Positions 14,101 to 28,385 of a DNA stretch of 64,000 nucleotides are shown piece after piece; the first letter of the stretch is position 1; every line of letters starts with the position of its first letter. Origin of the DNA: Octopus vulgaris (taxonomy: Eukaryota); contig OX597814.1 of assembly GCA_951406725.2 (NCBI GenBank), positions 7,564,001 through 7,628,000 on the forward strand, given 5' to 3'. The translations under genes were made by a program, and so were the position numbers. The notes below the pieces were generated by a model. The model was not told the origin of the DNA and did not search any database. It was given only the letters and a program-made list of their open reading frames with translations.

Positions 14101-17100
14101 GCAGCCCCTATTTGTTCCATGTACTTCTTGAGATTTTTAATCACTTTTCCCTGGGCTCCAACAATTATTAGTACCATTACCACCTTTTTCATCGACCACA
14201 ACTGCTTAACTTCCCAAGCTAACCTGTCATATCTCTCGACTTTTCTTTCTTCCTTATCGCATACCTTGTTGTCAGCACTGTTTGCTTTTTCTCTCGATTA
14301 AGACTATGTCTGGCTTCCTATTCTCTGTCTCATGGTCACACTGAATCATAAAATCCCACAGGATCATTGCATTATCATTTGCGATGATGCCTTCGGGTTT
14401 ATAGTCGTCATCATCATCATCATCATCATCATCATCAACATTACGGCAGTGACCTGGCAGAATTGTTAGCATCTTGGGGAAAGTGCTCTCTGGCATTTCG
14501 TCTGTCTTTATGTTCTGAGTTCAAATTCCACTGAGGTCAACTTCACCCCTCATCCTATTGGGATCGAAAAATTTAGTACCAGTGACACACTGGGGTCAAT
14601 GTAATTGACTTATTCCATTCCCCCAAATTTCTAGACTTCTGCCAAAATTTGTAATCGTCGTTGTTATTGTTATCGACCTATATTGCACATTGCTCCATAA
14701 GTTTTGTTGTTATTCATATTGTTACACATCGTACATTTGTTATCATTACTTGATTAAAAAAAACCAGGACCTTGGGGACTGGTTAGTTTTCCCACATCTG
14801 TAGGCTTTAGGGGCCATTCTGGTAATCTTTTGGGCTAAAAAACAAGGGTGGGGAACGAGAATTGTTCATCCATTGAAAAGAAGAGCTGGTCCCCCAGAAG
14901 AGAGAACAGCCAAGTCTTACAAGCAACAACAACATCAACAATAGTGCATGTGAGGCCTAGGAAAGCGATTTTGCCTTGCTTCTGTCATCCCATTTCACCA
15001 TCACAGGAACAAAAGAAATTAATGAGAAAAAGTGACAACAACAGCGAGAAAACAGCTGCCATGCTGGTGGCAGCTGCAGCAGCAGGTTTGCCAGTACCAC
15101 TGCCAACATCATCATCATCATCGTTTAACATCTGTTTTCTAAGCATGCATGGATTGGACAGTTGACAGGAGCCGGCAAGGTGGAAAATAACTACCCTTCG
15201 CTACTGTGTCTGTTTTGGCAGGAATTTTACAGCTGGATGCACTTCCTAACACCAACCACTCAGCAGAGTGGACTCAGTACATTTTACGTGGAACTAGCAC
15301 AACAAAGTTAGTTTTGGCATTATTTTTGCAGCTAGATGCCCTTCCAAATGCAAGCCATTTCACAGTGTGCAGTGGATGCTTTTTACATGGCACCAGTGCT
15401 GGCAGGGTCACCAAGATAATGAATTATGAGAGGGGCAAGAGGAGAGCTTGTGTCAGATGATAAAAGGTTAGAGTGTGACAGAGAGGCAGAAACAGGGGTC
15501 TTGCCATAACAGAGAGGGCATTGGAGGAGGTGTGCACAAAGTGATAAATCTCTTCTGCACACTCTCATTCACTTCCCAACCATTCTTTCCTTCGTAAAGA
15601 TCATCCCACTGCTTTCCTTTAACTGGGAAGGGCAGGCTGTGTTTCTTTGTCTGGTGCAAAAGAAGTTGTGTGGTGGACTAAGTTGAAAAGGCTTGAAGAT
15701 TGAAATTTTCCTTTTCAGCCAAGCTCTCATCAATTTGTTCAAGTTTCACTTGGAAAGGAAAGTGAGGATAGAGAAGGAAGTACTGCATTCCAGTGATTTT
15801 GTTAAGAAGTGAGTGAATGTAGTGCAAATGACCTGAGTGAATCAGCCTACACTATGGCTACGATCCATCTGAAAATCATAGTCCCAGAGTATCGTTACTT
15901 TTCCATCCTCCTACATAACTTTTTTTGGTACAACTCATACCAGTTCTTTGTTACTTCATATTGGTATTTATGGCATAAGGGCCAATGAAGATACTCACTC
16001 ACTTTATCGTAACGGTGCTTGTATTCTTTTTGTGCAAGGCTCTCTCAGCCACTTCACCAAGTCAGTCACATTTTCCATACTCTTTCCATAGAGTCTGCAT
16101 TTCTGAGTGTCAGAAGTTTTATAGATGTTATACTTAACTAAATTGGTAACAAGGCCTGGTCTTGTGCAGCAAGATCAGGTTTTCATTTGTATACTTCAAA
16201 TCACCTCGCTCAAGCCATACTTATGATGCTGTATAATCCTTAAAGTCTTGTGTATTCCTTTCAAACTGTCCATGCATTCTCATTTCAAGAAGGTCTTCTT
16301 TTCTATTCTCCTCGGCTCTTTGGTTAAACTCTTCCTTGCCCATCATTTCAGCTGCATTTACCTCCATATCTTTCGCGGCATATTGCTGCAGGTCTTCATT
16401 ACAATTCATCAAATACTCAGCAATCATTCTCCTTTCACTCCTTATACAATAGTCTATACTAATTAGTCCTCTGCCACCATTCTTCGTTTTCATGTACAGT
16501 CTGTTTACATTTGCTTTAGGTTGTAGCGCCCCATGCAGCGTCCTCAGCTTTCTCGCCCTTCTATCCAGTGTTGATATTTCCTCCTTAGTCCATTTGAGGA
16601 TGGACGCACTATATCTGACCACCACAACTGCTCAGATATTCATTGTAGTAATCAAAATTTTGGCATTCAGATTGGATTTCAACACCATCTTCACCCTTTT
16701 TTGATACGCCTCACTGACCTTGACTTTCATTTCTCTGTGTAGAATGTCATCCAGCTCCAAAGTCCCTAAATATCTATACCCATTACCACCATCGGGTTCA
16801 CCCATGGTCTCTCCTAATGGTAACTGCAATCCTCTGCCGGCTGCTTTCTTCCCACTTTTCATATTAAGTACTGAGCATTTGGTAATCTCAAATACCATAC
16901 CGATGTTTCTACCACACTTCTGGACTGTTTTGGTTAAGAAATCTATCTGTTTTTCAGATTTCCCAAACAATTTCAGGTCATCCATAAACTGAAGATGGTT
17001 CAATGATGGGCCTTTCTTCCCACATTGGTAACCCATCTTAACATTCCTAAGTGTCATTGTTATGGGAATGAGTGCAATTACAGAAAGTAACGCCTTGGAA

Positions 17101-20100
17101 GTTTCCCCTTTTAATATTAACTTCTCCAAGGAATACATTACTTGACTACAATTTGGTTTCCCACTCTTTCATGCTATGCATCAGAAAATTTGTGATGTTG
17201 TCAGCAACGCCAAACATCTGCAGGCATTCAACGATCCAAGAACGAGGCATCATATCATATGCCTTCTTAAAGTCAATCCAAGCCACAGACATGTTTGTAT
17301 GCTGTTTTTTACAATGCCTCAGAACTGTTTTATCGATGACCAGGTGATCCTTGGTACCCTGAGAACTCTTCTTACATCCTTTTTGTTCCCTTGGTAGTAT
17401 TTCTTCCTGTGCTAGGAAAGTGTATGTCTTTGCCACACACATTCCAGTGAGTATCTTCCAGATTATGTTTAGGCATGCTAAGGGATGGTACTTTCCCTAC
17501 AATATTCCCCTTTCTTCTCTCTTTTGTTACAAGTGTTCTCCTCCCAGTCACCATCCCCATACCTTTCGGGATATGCTCATTCAATTGGGCTGCTAGTCTT
17601 TCATTCACTGTGTGGCATCTCTTCAACCAGAAGCCATGAATCCCCTCTTTAAGTTATCATATTATTATTATTCATATAAACTCAACAGGTTAGACTGTTG
17701 GAAAAGAAAAGAATCCTCATTTTGGGCTACAACGAGTGGCCTTACATGCCAAGAACCCTCCTAAGTACAATAGTTCTCCCTAATAATACTATTTTGTGCA
17801 GCTGTACTAAACTGGGTTTATGCCTATTGTATCACTTTCCTCTTTATTTGCCTACCCTACATTGGGAATCTGCTTGTTTTTTTCTATTTGAATTTTATTC
17901 AATTAGTTCTTAATGCTTGATCTTGAGCAGCTACTGACAAACTTTCTGTCTCCTTCTTGAGATTTCCTTTCTGCTAGCATAACCATTTTGCACTACTACT
18001 ACTTGCTCCAGCTCTCTCTGAGAATCTACCATGCAAAGCCTTCTCCTGCCACTCAGATAATTTCTATTCTTTTTTTCTGGTTTTAAACTTCGTTTTGATG
18101 TTTTGCTTTGCCTTTGTCATGCTGTGACTCGAGCAGCTCTTAGTAAATTTTCTTCCTTATTACCTACAGATGAGTGTATATCTACTCTAGCTAAATCCAC
18201 ACTGTCTACAACTGATATTAACCTCCTTCATTTCTAGTTAGGTACAATCTTGCTACTCCTGCCCTTGGGTGGAATCCTCCATTCATATTGAATTCCTTCC
18301 TACTTCTTCTGCTTAGCTTTACTAATTCAGTTTTTGTCCAATCTACAAAAGCTGCCGAGTATCTAAGTAAGGATACTGCCCAAGTATTTACAGCCTTCAC
18401 TAGATTCAGACCAGTTAGCTTTGACTTCATTAACTTCCTCTCACCCTTCTGATGTACTCCTTTTCAATTTTCCTTTTCATTTCTATAGTTAGTTCCCTGT
18501 CAGATTCTAATACTCTTAGATACTTATAACACTCTCCTCCTTTCAATGATTTCAATGTCTGGCCAATTGGTAATTGGATGCCTTCGCTGTTGACTACCTG
18601 TCCCTTTTCATCATGACTAATATTGCACCCTTATCTATGCCAAATTCCATGCCTGTATCTTTGCTCAAGAATCTTACATTTTTTCATTCTTACTAAAAAG
18701 CTTCTGATCATCCATGTAGAGCAAATGGTTAATTTTTCCCTTACTATTTCTGAACTCATATCTGGCCTCTTTCCTTCCTTAATACTTAACTGGGGAGGGA
18801 TCAAACATAAGACAAAATATTAAGGGGTACAACGACTCCCTCTGGAAAATTCCTCTTTTGATATTAACTTTTCCTAAGAGTGTGTCACCTGAGCAGAGAT
18901 CTACTTTCCATTCCTTCATGCTGAAGCTAATTAATTCTCTTTTGTTGTCTGCAATTACTGAATATACTCAAACATCCACTTAGCCATGAGTGTGGGATCA
19001 TGTCATAGGCTTTCTTATAATCTATCCATGCTATTCTTAGATTTTTCTTTCTAGCTTTTACTTCGTTTAGAAATGCTTTGTCTCTATATAATGGATCATG
19101 TGTTCCTCTAGACTTCTTCCTGCAACCTTTTTGTTCTTCTGGCAATAAACTCTGGTTGTGAAGGTGCTTGTAAATGCTTTCTGAAAGCATTCCTGTTAAC
19201 AGCTTCCGCACTAATGGTAAACAAGTGATTGGTCTATAATTGCTAGCTGTATTACCCTTGCTCTTATCCTTCATAATGAGTATTGTCCTCCTTCTTGTCG
19301 TCCAATCTGGTATTATTCATCCATTAAGGCAATCCTCAAATTATTCCCTCAGCAGCCCATGAATTTCTTTAATTAGGACCCTTCGACTAAATCTGGTCCT
19401 GAGCCCTTCCAATTTGGCATTTTTCCTAACACTTTATTCAATGATTCACTAGTTAGTATTAGATTTGGCTGCCTCTCAGTCAAATCTAGTTTTTCCCTCA
19501 CTTCTTTTAATCATACTGCATCTCGATTATGATTGACTGACTCATCCTAAATATTATTCCAGAACTTTCTCACTTCTTCTGCATTAGGTTTCTCATCTTC
19601 AGTACTTCCTTCTCCATTAATTATCTGGTTATAAAATTTCCTCAGATCTGTCTTAAATATTCTATTCTGTTGATACTGATCTATTCTTTTCTGATATCTG
19701 GAAAGCTTGCCTGCTACTGCTATGACACACGGTTTCAACTTTTCTATTACTGCCCCAAATCCTTTCTCTTTGACTAAGTACCTTTTCTCAAGGAAAGATT
19801 TGCATCTTGTGTTTCCTATCTTGTTCATTTTCCAGGCTTCTATTCTACTCAGATCTTGTCTTAAGGTCTTCACTTTATTTTGTAGTCTCCTTTTCCACAT
19901 TTGCTCTTTTCTAGTCTTTCCCTGTGAGATATCTAATCTTCTGGTCACTACAACCCTTTCTGCATAGATCAGTAAATTTTTGTCTCCTATATATTTAGTA
20001 TCCATCCTGCTGATAACAGAGTCTACTTTCCTAGTCATTTCTAGCAGCTTCTGTCTGTTGGTGCCTTTTAATATTGCTAATCTTTTTCTTACTTCTTCAC

Positions 20101-20588
20101 TCATTACTTCCTGTAACTTATCTAAAACCTTCTGATCTTTCTCACTTAAATCACTTAAGTCAATGGTGCCAGTTGTCCCTTCCTTATTGGTAGAACTATT
20201 GTTATTTTTCCCTTTAGGTTCTTCTTTGCTTTGAGATGTATCTCTTATCTTGCTGTTTCTACTTCCCGTTGCCTGATCTTGTGTTCTTTTGTTGGGTATC
20301 GGCTTTCTATGACACATGTTTTTGTTCATATTGTTGTGTATTTACAGTATGACTTTATTCTTGTATGTTTTTCCATTTCCTAGCATTTATCATTATCTGT
20401 CTGCCTTTCTTTTTCTTTTTTCTTTGTTGGCTTAGTTATGGGTTCCTTCTTTGCAGCATTTACCTTTTTTCACTGAACCCTGCCGATAGTTGATGTGTTG
20501 ATGTTTCTTTTACAGTTATAATTATTTTTGATGTATCTGTGAGAAACTAAGAAGAAATAGGAATGTGCATATACATATAGAGGTCTTG

Positions 20589-20672
<84 letters not shown>

Positions 20673-23600
20673 TGTATAATGTAATTAAAATCTTAAATTT
20701 TACTCACAGGTTTGCAGTTTTATGCACATGCTGTAGCAGTGTTTTTGGGGGAGCTATACTTTTGTATATATATATATGCTCCATATAAGCAAAATCTGTC
20801 TGTTTCCTGTTATGGTCCCATTATGACCTAGTTTTCTTTCATTGATTTTATGCATTTTTAATTCCTCCTTCATGATGGTTTCAGTTTTAAGGAATCTTCC
20901 TGGTAGCTTGCTGTCACACATCCATGCTGTTTGCTATTCACTGCGGTCTGTTTCCATTTTATTGTTATTATTATTATCTCTTTATCACAGGTTTTGTTGG
21001 AACTCCTAGAGTCTTGCATACATAGCAGGCTTACTACCTGCGACCTACGGTACCATGCTATCCATTCTTTTCCTGATTATCCTGGTCATGCCACGGAGGC
21101 AAACCTTTTGTAAACATTTCTACTGGGCACTCTATTCCAATTTCCTTTATATTTTCCTTGATGCCTTCCAAAAACGCCCCCAAGGACCCAATAACAATTG
21201 GTACTACCTTCACTTCCATCATTCCCATAGCCATGCTCTGATGATTATATATATCTACCTTTTTTTACCTTCGTCCTTGATTATTCATAGGTCAAAGGGA
21301 CATGCAACATTAACTATGTAGCACATGTGGTGCATCATGTCCACCACCACTGGGCCCAGTCCTTTTTTTATGCTTTAGTACCTGATCTATTTGGATTGAG
21401 AGGTCCCAGAAGATTTTACAAGTCTCCAACTCCCCCACTCTCTGAAGCTTATACTCATCCCAAGTCTTGCTTCTCTCTAACCCCCACTTTTCATACAGTT
21501 TCCAATGTGGCACTTTCATTAATTATCATGTTGCCGCAATTTGTAGTGGCACAATTTGGGCAAGTCTAGGGCATTCATTCATGATGTGCATAATGGTTTT
21601 GACCACTCTGTTACAGATGCGGCACAGCAAAGACACTTGCTCATTCCTAAGGTTCACCCTTTAATTCATGGCCAAAGTTTGGCCTTGCACTGCCAGTATG
21701 GTGCTGCTCTCGGCCTCTTTTTTTCAGTGTTCCTTTCTTCAGTCAATCCCATTTAGGTTTTCCTGCAACTTCTGTTGTGGTTACATGCAAATCATTATGT
21801 GGTCCCTTCTTCACGTCCCTTTTGTACTTCTTTCATTGTTTTCCTTTTTTCTCTCTGCTCTCAATACTCCCTCATTCCTAGCTGCCACTAGCAAGGTTTC
21901 CTTACTTTCGGCTAGGTATCTCGTCCCTTTTCCTCTCTTTGCTCTCATCGTGTCTAGGTGATCTGTGTCTGCACATGGATGATGGCTTCCATGCATCATC
22001 GTTATGAGCTTTCTTGCCTTCCTCTCCAACTCCTACTCTCTCCACTTCAGAATTCCAGCATATTGCCAAGTTTATTGCCAGAGTTATGTTTCTAGCATTT
22101 AGCTTTGAAACCAATATTTTTCTCACTTACCACATGCTGCCACAGCTAAGACCACAGCCAGACATATTGAATTAGGGAAAATAAATTGTGCCTCTATGAA
22201 AGGCACTAACACCTCTGTGAACATGGCTTGGCCAATCAGATCAGCTGATGTATAACCAAGGGCAATGGAATCTTCCCATCAAATAGTCTGGTCAAATGGT
22301 TTTCAGAAACCATGTTGGGCATTATTAAAACTGCATTTTTAAACAGAATGAGCTCTGATACTACACAGATGTTCTCACTTTTCTTTTTCTGCTTAGAACA
22401 ACCTAAAGTGCTTCTCAAAGCTGTGTCAGTCAGTTTTGTGAGAAGACATTTTCATTTTTTTCTGTTTAAATATTTTCCCAGTAATTATGAACTGTCTTTG
22501 TATTAATATTGAGCATATTATACAGTGAAAACTTGTATTTATTTCCGTTCAGTATCATTTGAATGTTACTTCAGCAAATAGAAGAACATGTGGAAATATG
22601 TGGACATGACTAAAAGGTCCACTCAGAACCATATATAACAATCCCAAGACCTCCTTTAAGGTCTATGAGAGAAAAATGCCACATACATGGCTACGCATGT
22701 ATGATTGCCGAAAGGAAAGTAACCTTTACTTCAATGGTAGCAGAAGGTGAAGTCTGTGCATTGCCAAAAAGAGAACTTATATTTAAGAACTCTCACCACC
22801 CAGATGCTTAATTCAAACCCAAATTCCACTTTACTGGCAGTTACTCCTCACTCAGAGATTTTGGACAAGTGGCATAACCAATGATGGAATCCTCCTCTCT
22901 AATTGTCTCTTGCAATTAGAGATGTGGCACTTGCTGTCAGAAACCCATTGCCCTACTTCCATACTGGCCACTCTGATGAGCACAGTGTTAGATGATATCC
23001 TGTGCAAAACTGATTTGTAAGAATGGCTGAAATGGATTTATAATACTGTATAGTTTTGATGGTAAATTACCTACTCTATTAACAAATGTACGAATGCCTG
23101 TTTTCCTAGTTGAGGGTGTCTTACACTTATTTCTATATCATCATCATCATTATTTAATGTCCATCAGTTTGACAAGATCTGGTAATCTCTAGATCTGTGT
23201 TAGGTTCCACACTCAGCTGGCTGGCTGAGTGCTGCTGGCTGGCTGAGTGCGGCTGGCTGAGTGTGGATGGCTGGCTGCCCTTCAAAATGCCTATCATTTT
23301 ACAGTGTGGAGTGAAAGCTGCTTTTCTCATGGCACCAGCACTGGTGAGGTCACTAAGTATCTTGCAAAACAAAGCAAAGAATGGAAAAGGATAAAAACCC
23401 CCAATGGAATTGGGGGGAGGGTGGCTTGTTGCCAGGGGTAGAAAGTCTAAAGTTTGCCAAAGGGTCAAGCACAGTTGTCTGGATATAGAGGGATTCATGG
23501 CCTCCTTATATTTATGCAAGGGTGCATGACAGTATCTAGAAGGGAGAAAGATGGTGGTAATAGGGTGCAAGAGCATAGTCCCAAGTTACAAGAAGGGGAG

Positions 23601-26600
23601 TAGAAGGGAGACTGTGGATGAGGAAAGAAGGAATGGGAGGGTAATGGCATCAGAGTGTGAGATGAGAATGGCAGAGGTTAGAGATGGGGCTTGAGGTGGT
23701 TGTAGGAAGTGAGGAACAATGGTTTGAGGTGGAGTTGAGAGACTGATGGGGCTCGGAAAGGAGGAGGTGACAAGAAGCAGCATAGGAAGGGTGGAGAGCA
23801 GCAGAACCATCAATCTGTTGATAGATGAGGAGGAAGAGAGATGATGACCAGGATCTGACAGCAGAGGGAAAGCAAAGATGATGAACTGTGAAAGAGATGG
23901 GAGTCAGAGATACATGGGGGTGGCTGTAGTGAGTGGGGCCAGAAAACTGGAGGGAGTTTTAGCAATGGCTGTGAGAGGGTGTTGAGAATGATTGCAGATA
24001 GGATAAGTGTTCAACAGGAAACCTGGCAGAGTAAGGTGTAGCTAAGAGGGGTGGGTGGGAAAGATTAGGGAAGGGACAGAAAGGGATGATCGATGGAAGG
24101 GTGTATGGACAGAGATGATGATGCAAGTGAGGCGACTGGTATTAACGAAAGGGTATGGTCGGTATTGAATGCTCTCAAATGGTTACAGCAGTAAAGTAGG
24201 ACCATAGTTAGAAGAGTATAATAGAGGGATGGGTGTTAGGAAGATGAGATGTGGTGAAGGGGATGCTTCACAGGGACAGATGTGGGTGTAGGGCCCAGCA
24301 TGGACAGTTTTTGGACATGACTTTTGCTGTGACAAATGTGTCTTTATATATCATTTTGTTCAACTTGGACCTGGATGGAATATGGACATTATATCATCAT
24401 GGGGGAGGGGGTAATGATGATGTTGGTATATATATATATATGTGTGTGTGTGTGTATACCTATACACACACATACACACACTGATATTTGTTTATTTTCA
24501 GAAACCACAACATCAAAACAGGAATCATCCTCCATGGCACCAAGAACTAATGTGGCATTGACAAAGAATCGTGGCATCAAAATACAACTAATGATTGATT
24601 CAATTTCTAATGCATCTGTGAGTAAATAGATTCACTTAACATATTTATATTTAATTGTTATTTCATTTCCAAATGAGGAATCATTACAGTTAATTAAAAC
24701 ATTTTCTCAATCTAACTCAAACATTTTATTTCCTTCACATCTGATATCTTGAGTATATCTTTTGCTAACTTTAACAACCTCAAACTTACTACAGCCATTC
24801 TGTAGAGCCTTTCTTAACAACAATATCAACTGCAACAATGTATCTCTCTTCTCTCCATGGACTGTTCCTTAGTTGTTTACCATTAATTACTTTTGTAGGT
24901 TGATGTCATCGTTAACAGCACCAATGAACGGCTCCAGCTTAACAAGGGTTCTATTTCCAATTCTATTCTCAATGCTGCTGGTTCACAGATACAATATGAA
25001 TGTAACCGGAGATATCCTCAAGGTATTTCTACATCTAAAATAGCCATCACTAAAGGATATAACCTCAAATGTAAGAATGTATTTCATCTGGTATTACCTC
25101 TCTGGGATGAAAATTCCTCTGATTTAGTAAGTATCAATCATATGATATTGATTTATTGAAACAGTTAATGTTTGAAGAGAACCTTATGCATGTTGTGTGA
25201 GAATCATAAAGCAAATGTCAGCATCCTGTTTAATATTTGTTCTTCCAAGTTATCATTGGAAGGAAGCAGAAGATATCGATGAACAGGACACTTTTATATA
25301 TAAATAGAAGGAAAAAAGCCTCATGGCCTAACAACAGTTATGTGACTGATAAATAAGACTATATTAAAACATATTTCTCTGTTTTACTCTCTGTATTGGT
25401 GAGTTTTTCTCTGTCATGGCACGAGCACTAGAGAGGTTGTCATGTCCTCAACAACACTAAAGACTCCTCTTGGGTCTGCAATGTCTCTCTTCATTCACCA
25501 ACCATTTTACACGGTGGATTGGGTCTGATTTATTGTAGCAGCATCATGAGTGAGGTTGCCTTGTCCCTTGCAGGACTAAAGAGTGATAGGAATGACAGTT
25601 GTGTTTAGAAGTGGTAGGAGTGAGAGGAGTTGTGAGAGGAGGATATATTTATTACAACTTAATGCTTTCTTCCTGTAATAAGAAAATAATTTAATAAAAT
25701 GTTCATTATCAATTACTAAACAATTATTTTTTTTAGATTCTGGCAAACTTGACTCAAATAATAACCATTTGTCTATACACTGCTGAGAGAATGGGAGCAA
25801 AATGCTTGGCATTTCCTATATTAGGGGCTGGGATATTGAAGTACCCCATTGAAAACCTACCAAGAACTATGTACGAAGCCGTGAAAAACTACTCAAATCA
25901 AAATTCAAGCCAGATCAAAGATGTTTACTTCGTGGTTTATCCTCAAGACACGGAAATAATGAAGGTTGGTTGATGTATTTGTTGTTTGTTGTTTTATGTT
26001 GATATTCTTGGAATTTACCAAAAAAATATTCTACAAGAAACAAAGGAAATAGAAATGATCTTCATTTACAGTCCTTGTTCCATTTTGGAATTGGTGCAAC
26101 ATTTTCACTGGCTCCAATGAGCCACAAGGGTTTATTGAACCCCAGTGTCTGCTTTGGCATGGTTTCTATGGCTGAATGCCATTCCTAATGCCAACCGCTT
26201 CACAGCATGTCCTGGGTACCTTTCTTCATGCTACCTTTAATGCTGTTCATTATATTTTGTTGTGCTTTATCCTTTCATTATACCATTTCCCATCACCAAA
26301 TTCTTGCTTCTGAAATATTCCATTGCAACATTTGAAGCTAAGAATGTTTTGCTTGTTGTTGTTGTTGTTGTATTTATTGTTGGACCCTGAGTCAGTTCCG
26401 ATTCTGCAGACTGAATGTCAAAGATGCTTGTATGTCTTTCTTCTCTTCTTTCTTTCCATTCCTCATCCTCCCTCCTCTCCTTCCTCTTCCTAGCTGCCAC
26501 AGCCAAGATCTATTTCACAAATGCCAAACCAATTACCTCTGTCCCTCTTCCCCCTTTCTCTCTGTTTCTTGTTCTGGGACTCTTGCAATAACATCAGTTG

Positions 26601-28341
26601 TAATTAGGTGGAACTTTCTCCCTATCCAAGTATGGAAATCTCCAAAATCTAACATCTGATATGGTCAACGGTTCAGCAAAATAGCTTTGGTCAGCAAACC
26701 CTATACTTTATTGAGCATCAAAAGCCAGGATGGATGGAATATGTCCACAAATTTCCTCTTTGGTTCAGTGCCCTTTAAAAAGCCTGGTGCATTTACCATC
26801 AAAGCCTTGACAAGCCTTGTCCACTTTGAAATATTTAATTTCCAGATGTTCTGAAGAATGTTTCAAGTAATCCAAGTTGTTTCCATTGTGCATGAAGAAG
26901 TCCCAAATAAAGACCCAAATTACCTGAGAGACCCCATTCTCTGGCTAAGACTTCCCACATTTATTCACAAAACACTATAAAGCAGCAAGGTATGATGTGA
27001 GAGAGATTTGGCTGTTAATTTTAGCAGATCAAGTGACCACTTAAAGACCTCTTTCTTTGGTTCTTCTTGCAACTGTTCTTCATTCCCATGCAGTCAGTTA
27101 TTAGTGTGGGGTAATATTTATCCCCGTTTAAATAAGAATGTTCCATTAGAACCAACTTTACTATGGTAATTGCCATGAGAAAGACCCTCACATAGGCTTT
27201 TTGGAATGCCCTCTTCTTCATATCAGTAACAAAAAGATAAATCTTCAGCACCAAGGTCACCGAATCACATGATTTCCACCTTGTTTGAACTTATCGATGA
27301 TGAACACTTGACCGCTAGAGACCGCAGTAATACAGGTCCCCTCCAGCGTTATATAGATTGACACTCCCTAGTGATCATGTGTCCATCATTGACAAGGTCC
27401 AAACAAGGTGGATATTATGTGATCTTGTTGTCCCAGTGCTGGAAGTAGCAGGGAATTATCTCCCCACTAGTGATATTAACAAGAATACATCTTGCACCAA
27501 AAATCCAATGTTACGGTTTAGCTCATGGCGTCTACCACAGTAAAGTTTGTACTAAAAGGACACCCATCTAAGCAAATTCTCTCCCTAATGAGATGGGTTA
27601 TGACCCTCTCTGTGACCTTCATCACCTAATCCAACAGTTTAATACCCCTGTAGTTATTTCTATCTAGAGCATCACCCTTACCCTTGTAGCAGTTGACTAT
27701 GGTGCTGCTACGCCAGTCATTGGGTATGACTCCATTATGAACTACCTGGTTTACAATGCGGGTGAGTAGGCCATAGCCCACATAGCCAGCTGTTTTAAGC
27801 CTCTCAGCAGTGATTCCTGATGGGCCGGGGGCTTTACCTGGTTTCATATATCCTTAATTGCCTTAACTACAAGGAGCTGTCTATTCAGGTAGCTGGTCCC
27901 TCTACTGGGTCAACATTTGGCAGGCTCTCCTCCTCCCGTTCATTCTCCTCATTCAGCAGTCTTTCATAATGACTTCTCCAAGCCTCTTTCTTTTCACCAA
28001 CAGTAAAAGCAAGTGCCCCATCATCCATGCGGACACATTTCTCTCCTGTAACATCACTATTTTCTCTCACACACTGTCTGGCAATCCAAAATACCTCAGC
28101 TCTTTGGTCCTCACGTCGCTGGACATTAGCAAACTTCTTCTTTCTGCTACATCTTTGGCTATGTATACCTGCCGCCCAGCCTCCCTTTTGGCTACCTGGT
28201 ACAGTTCCCTGCTACCCCCATCCCTCCAGGCCCGTCTCTTTGCACTAATGGCTTTGTCTACTGCACTATTCCACCACCACGTAACTCTAGGCCTGGAAGG
28301 GACTTTGCACCATCCACAGACTTGGTCTGTGGCACTCACAC

Positions 28342-28385
<44 letters not shown>

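Noticed and set aside
22130-23100. Possible additional PARP exon or DNA-transposase remnant in the long intron
   Set aside because: No convincing motif or phase-compatible exon; 5480 joins 24502 in frame without it.
23205-23280. Short GGCTGGCTGAGTG tandem repeat
   Set aside because: About four copies inside a decayed retroelement tail; no sign of function.
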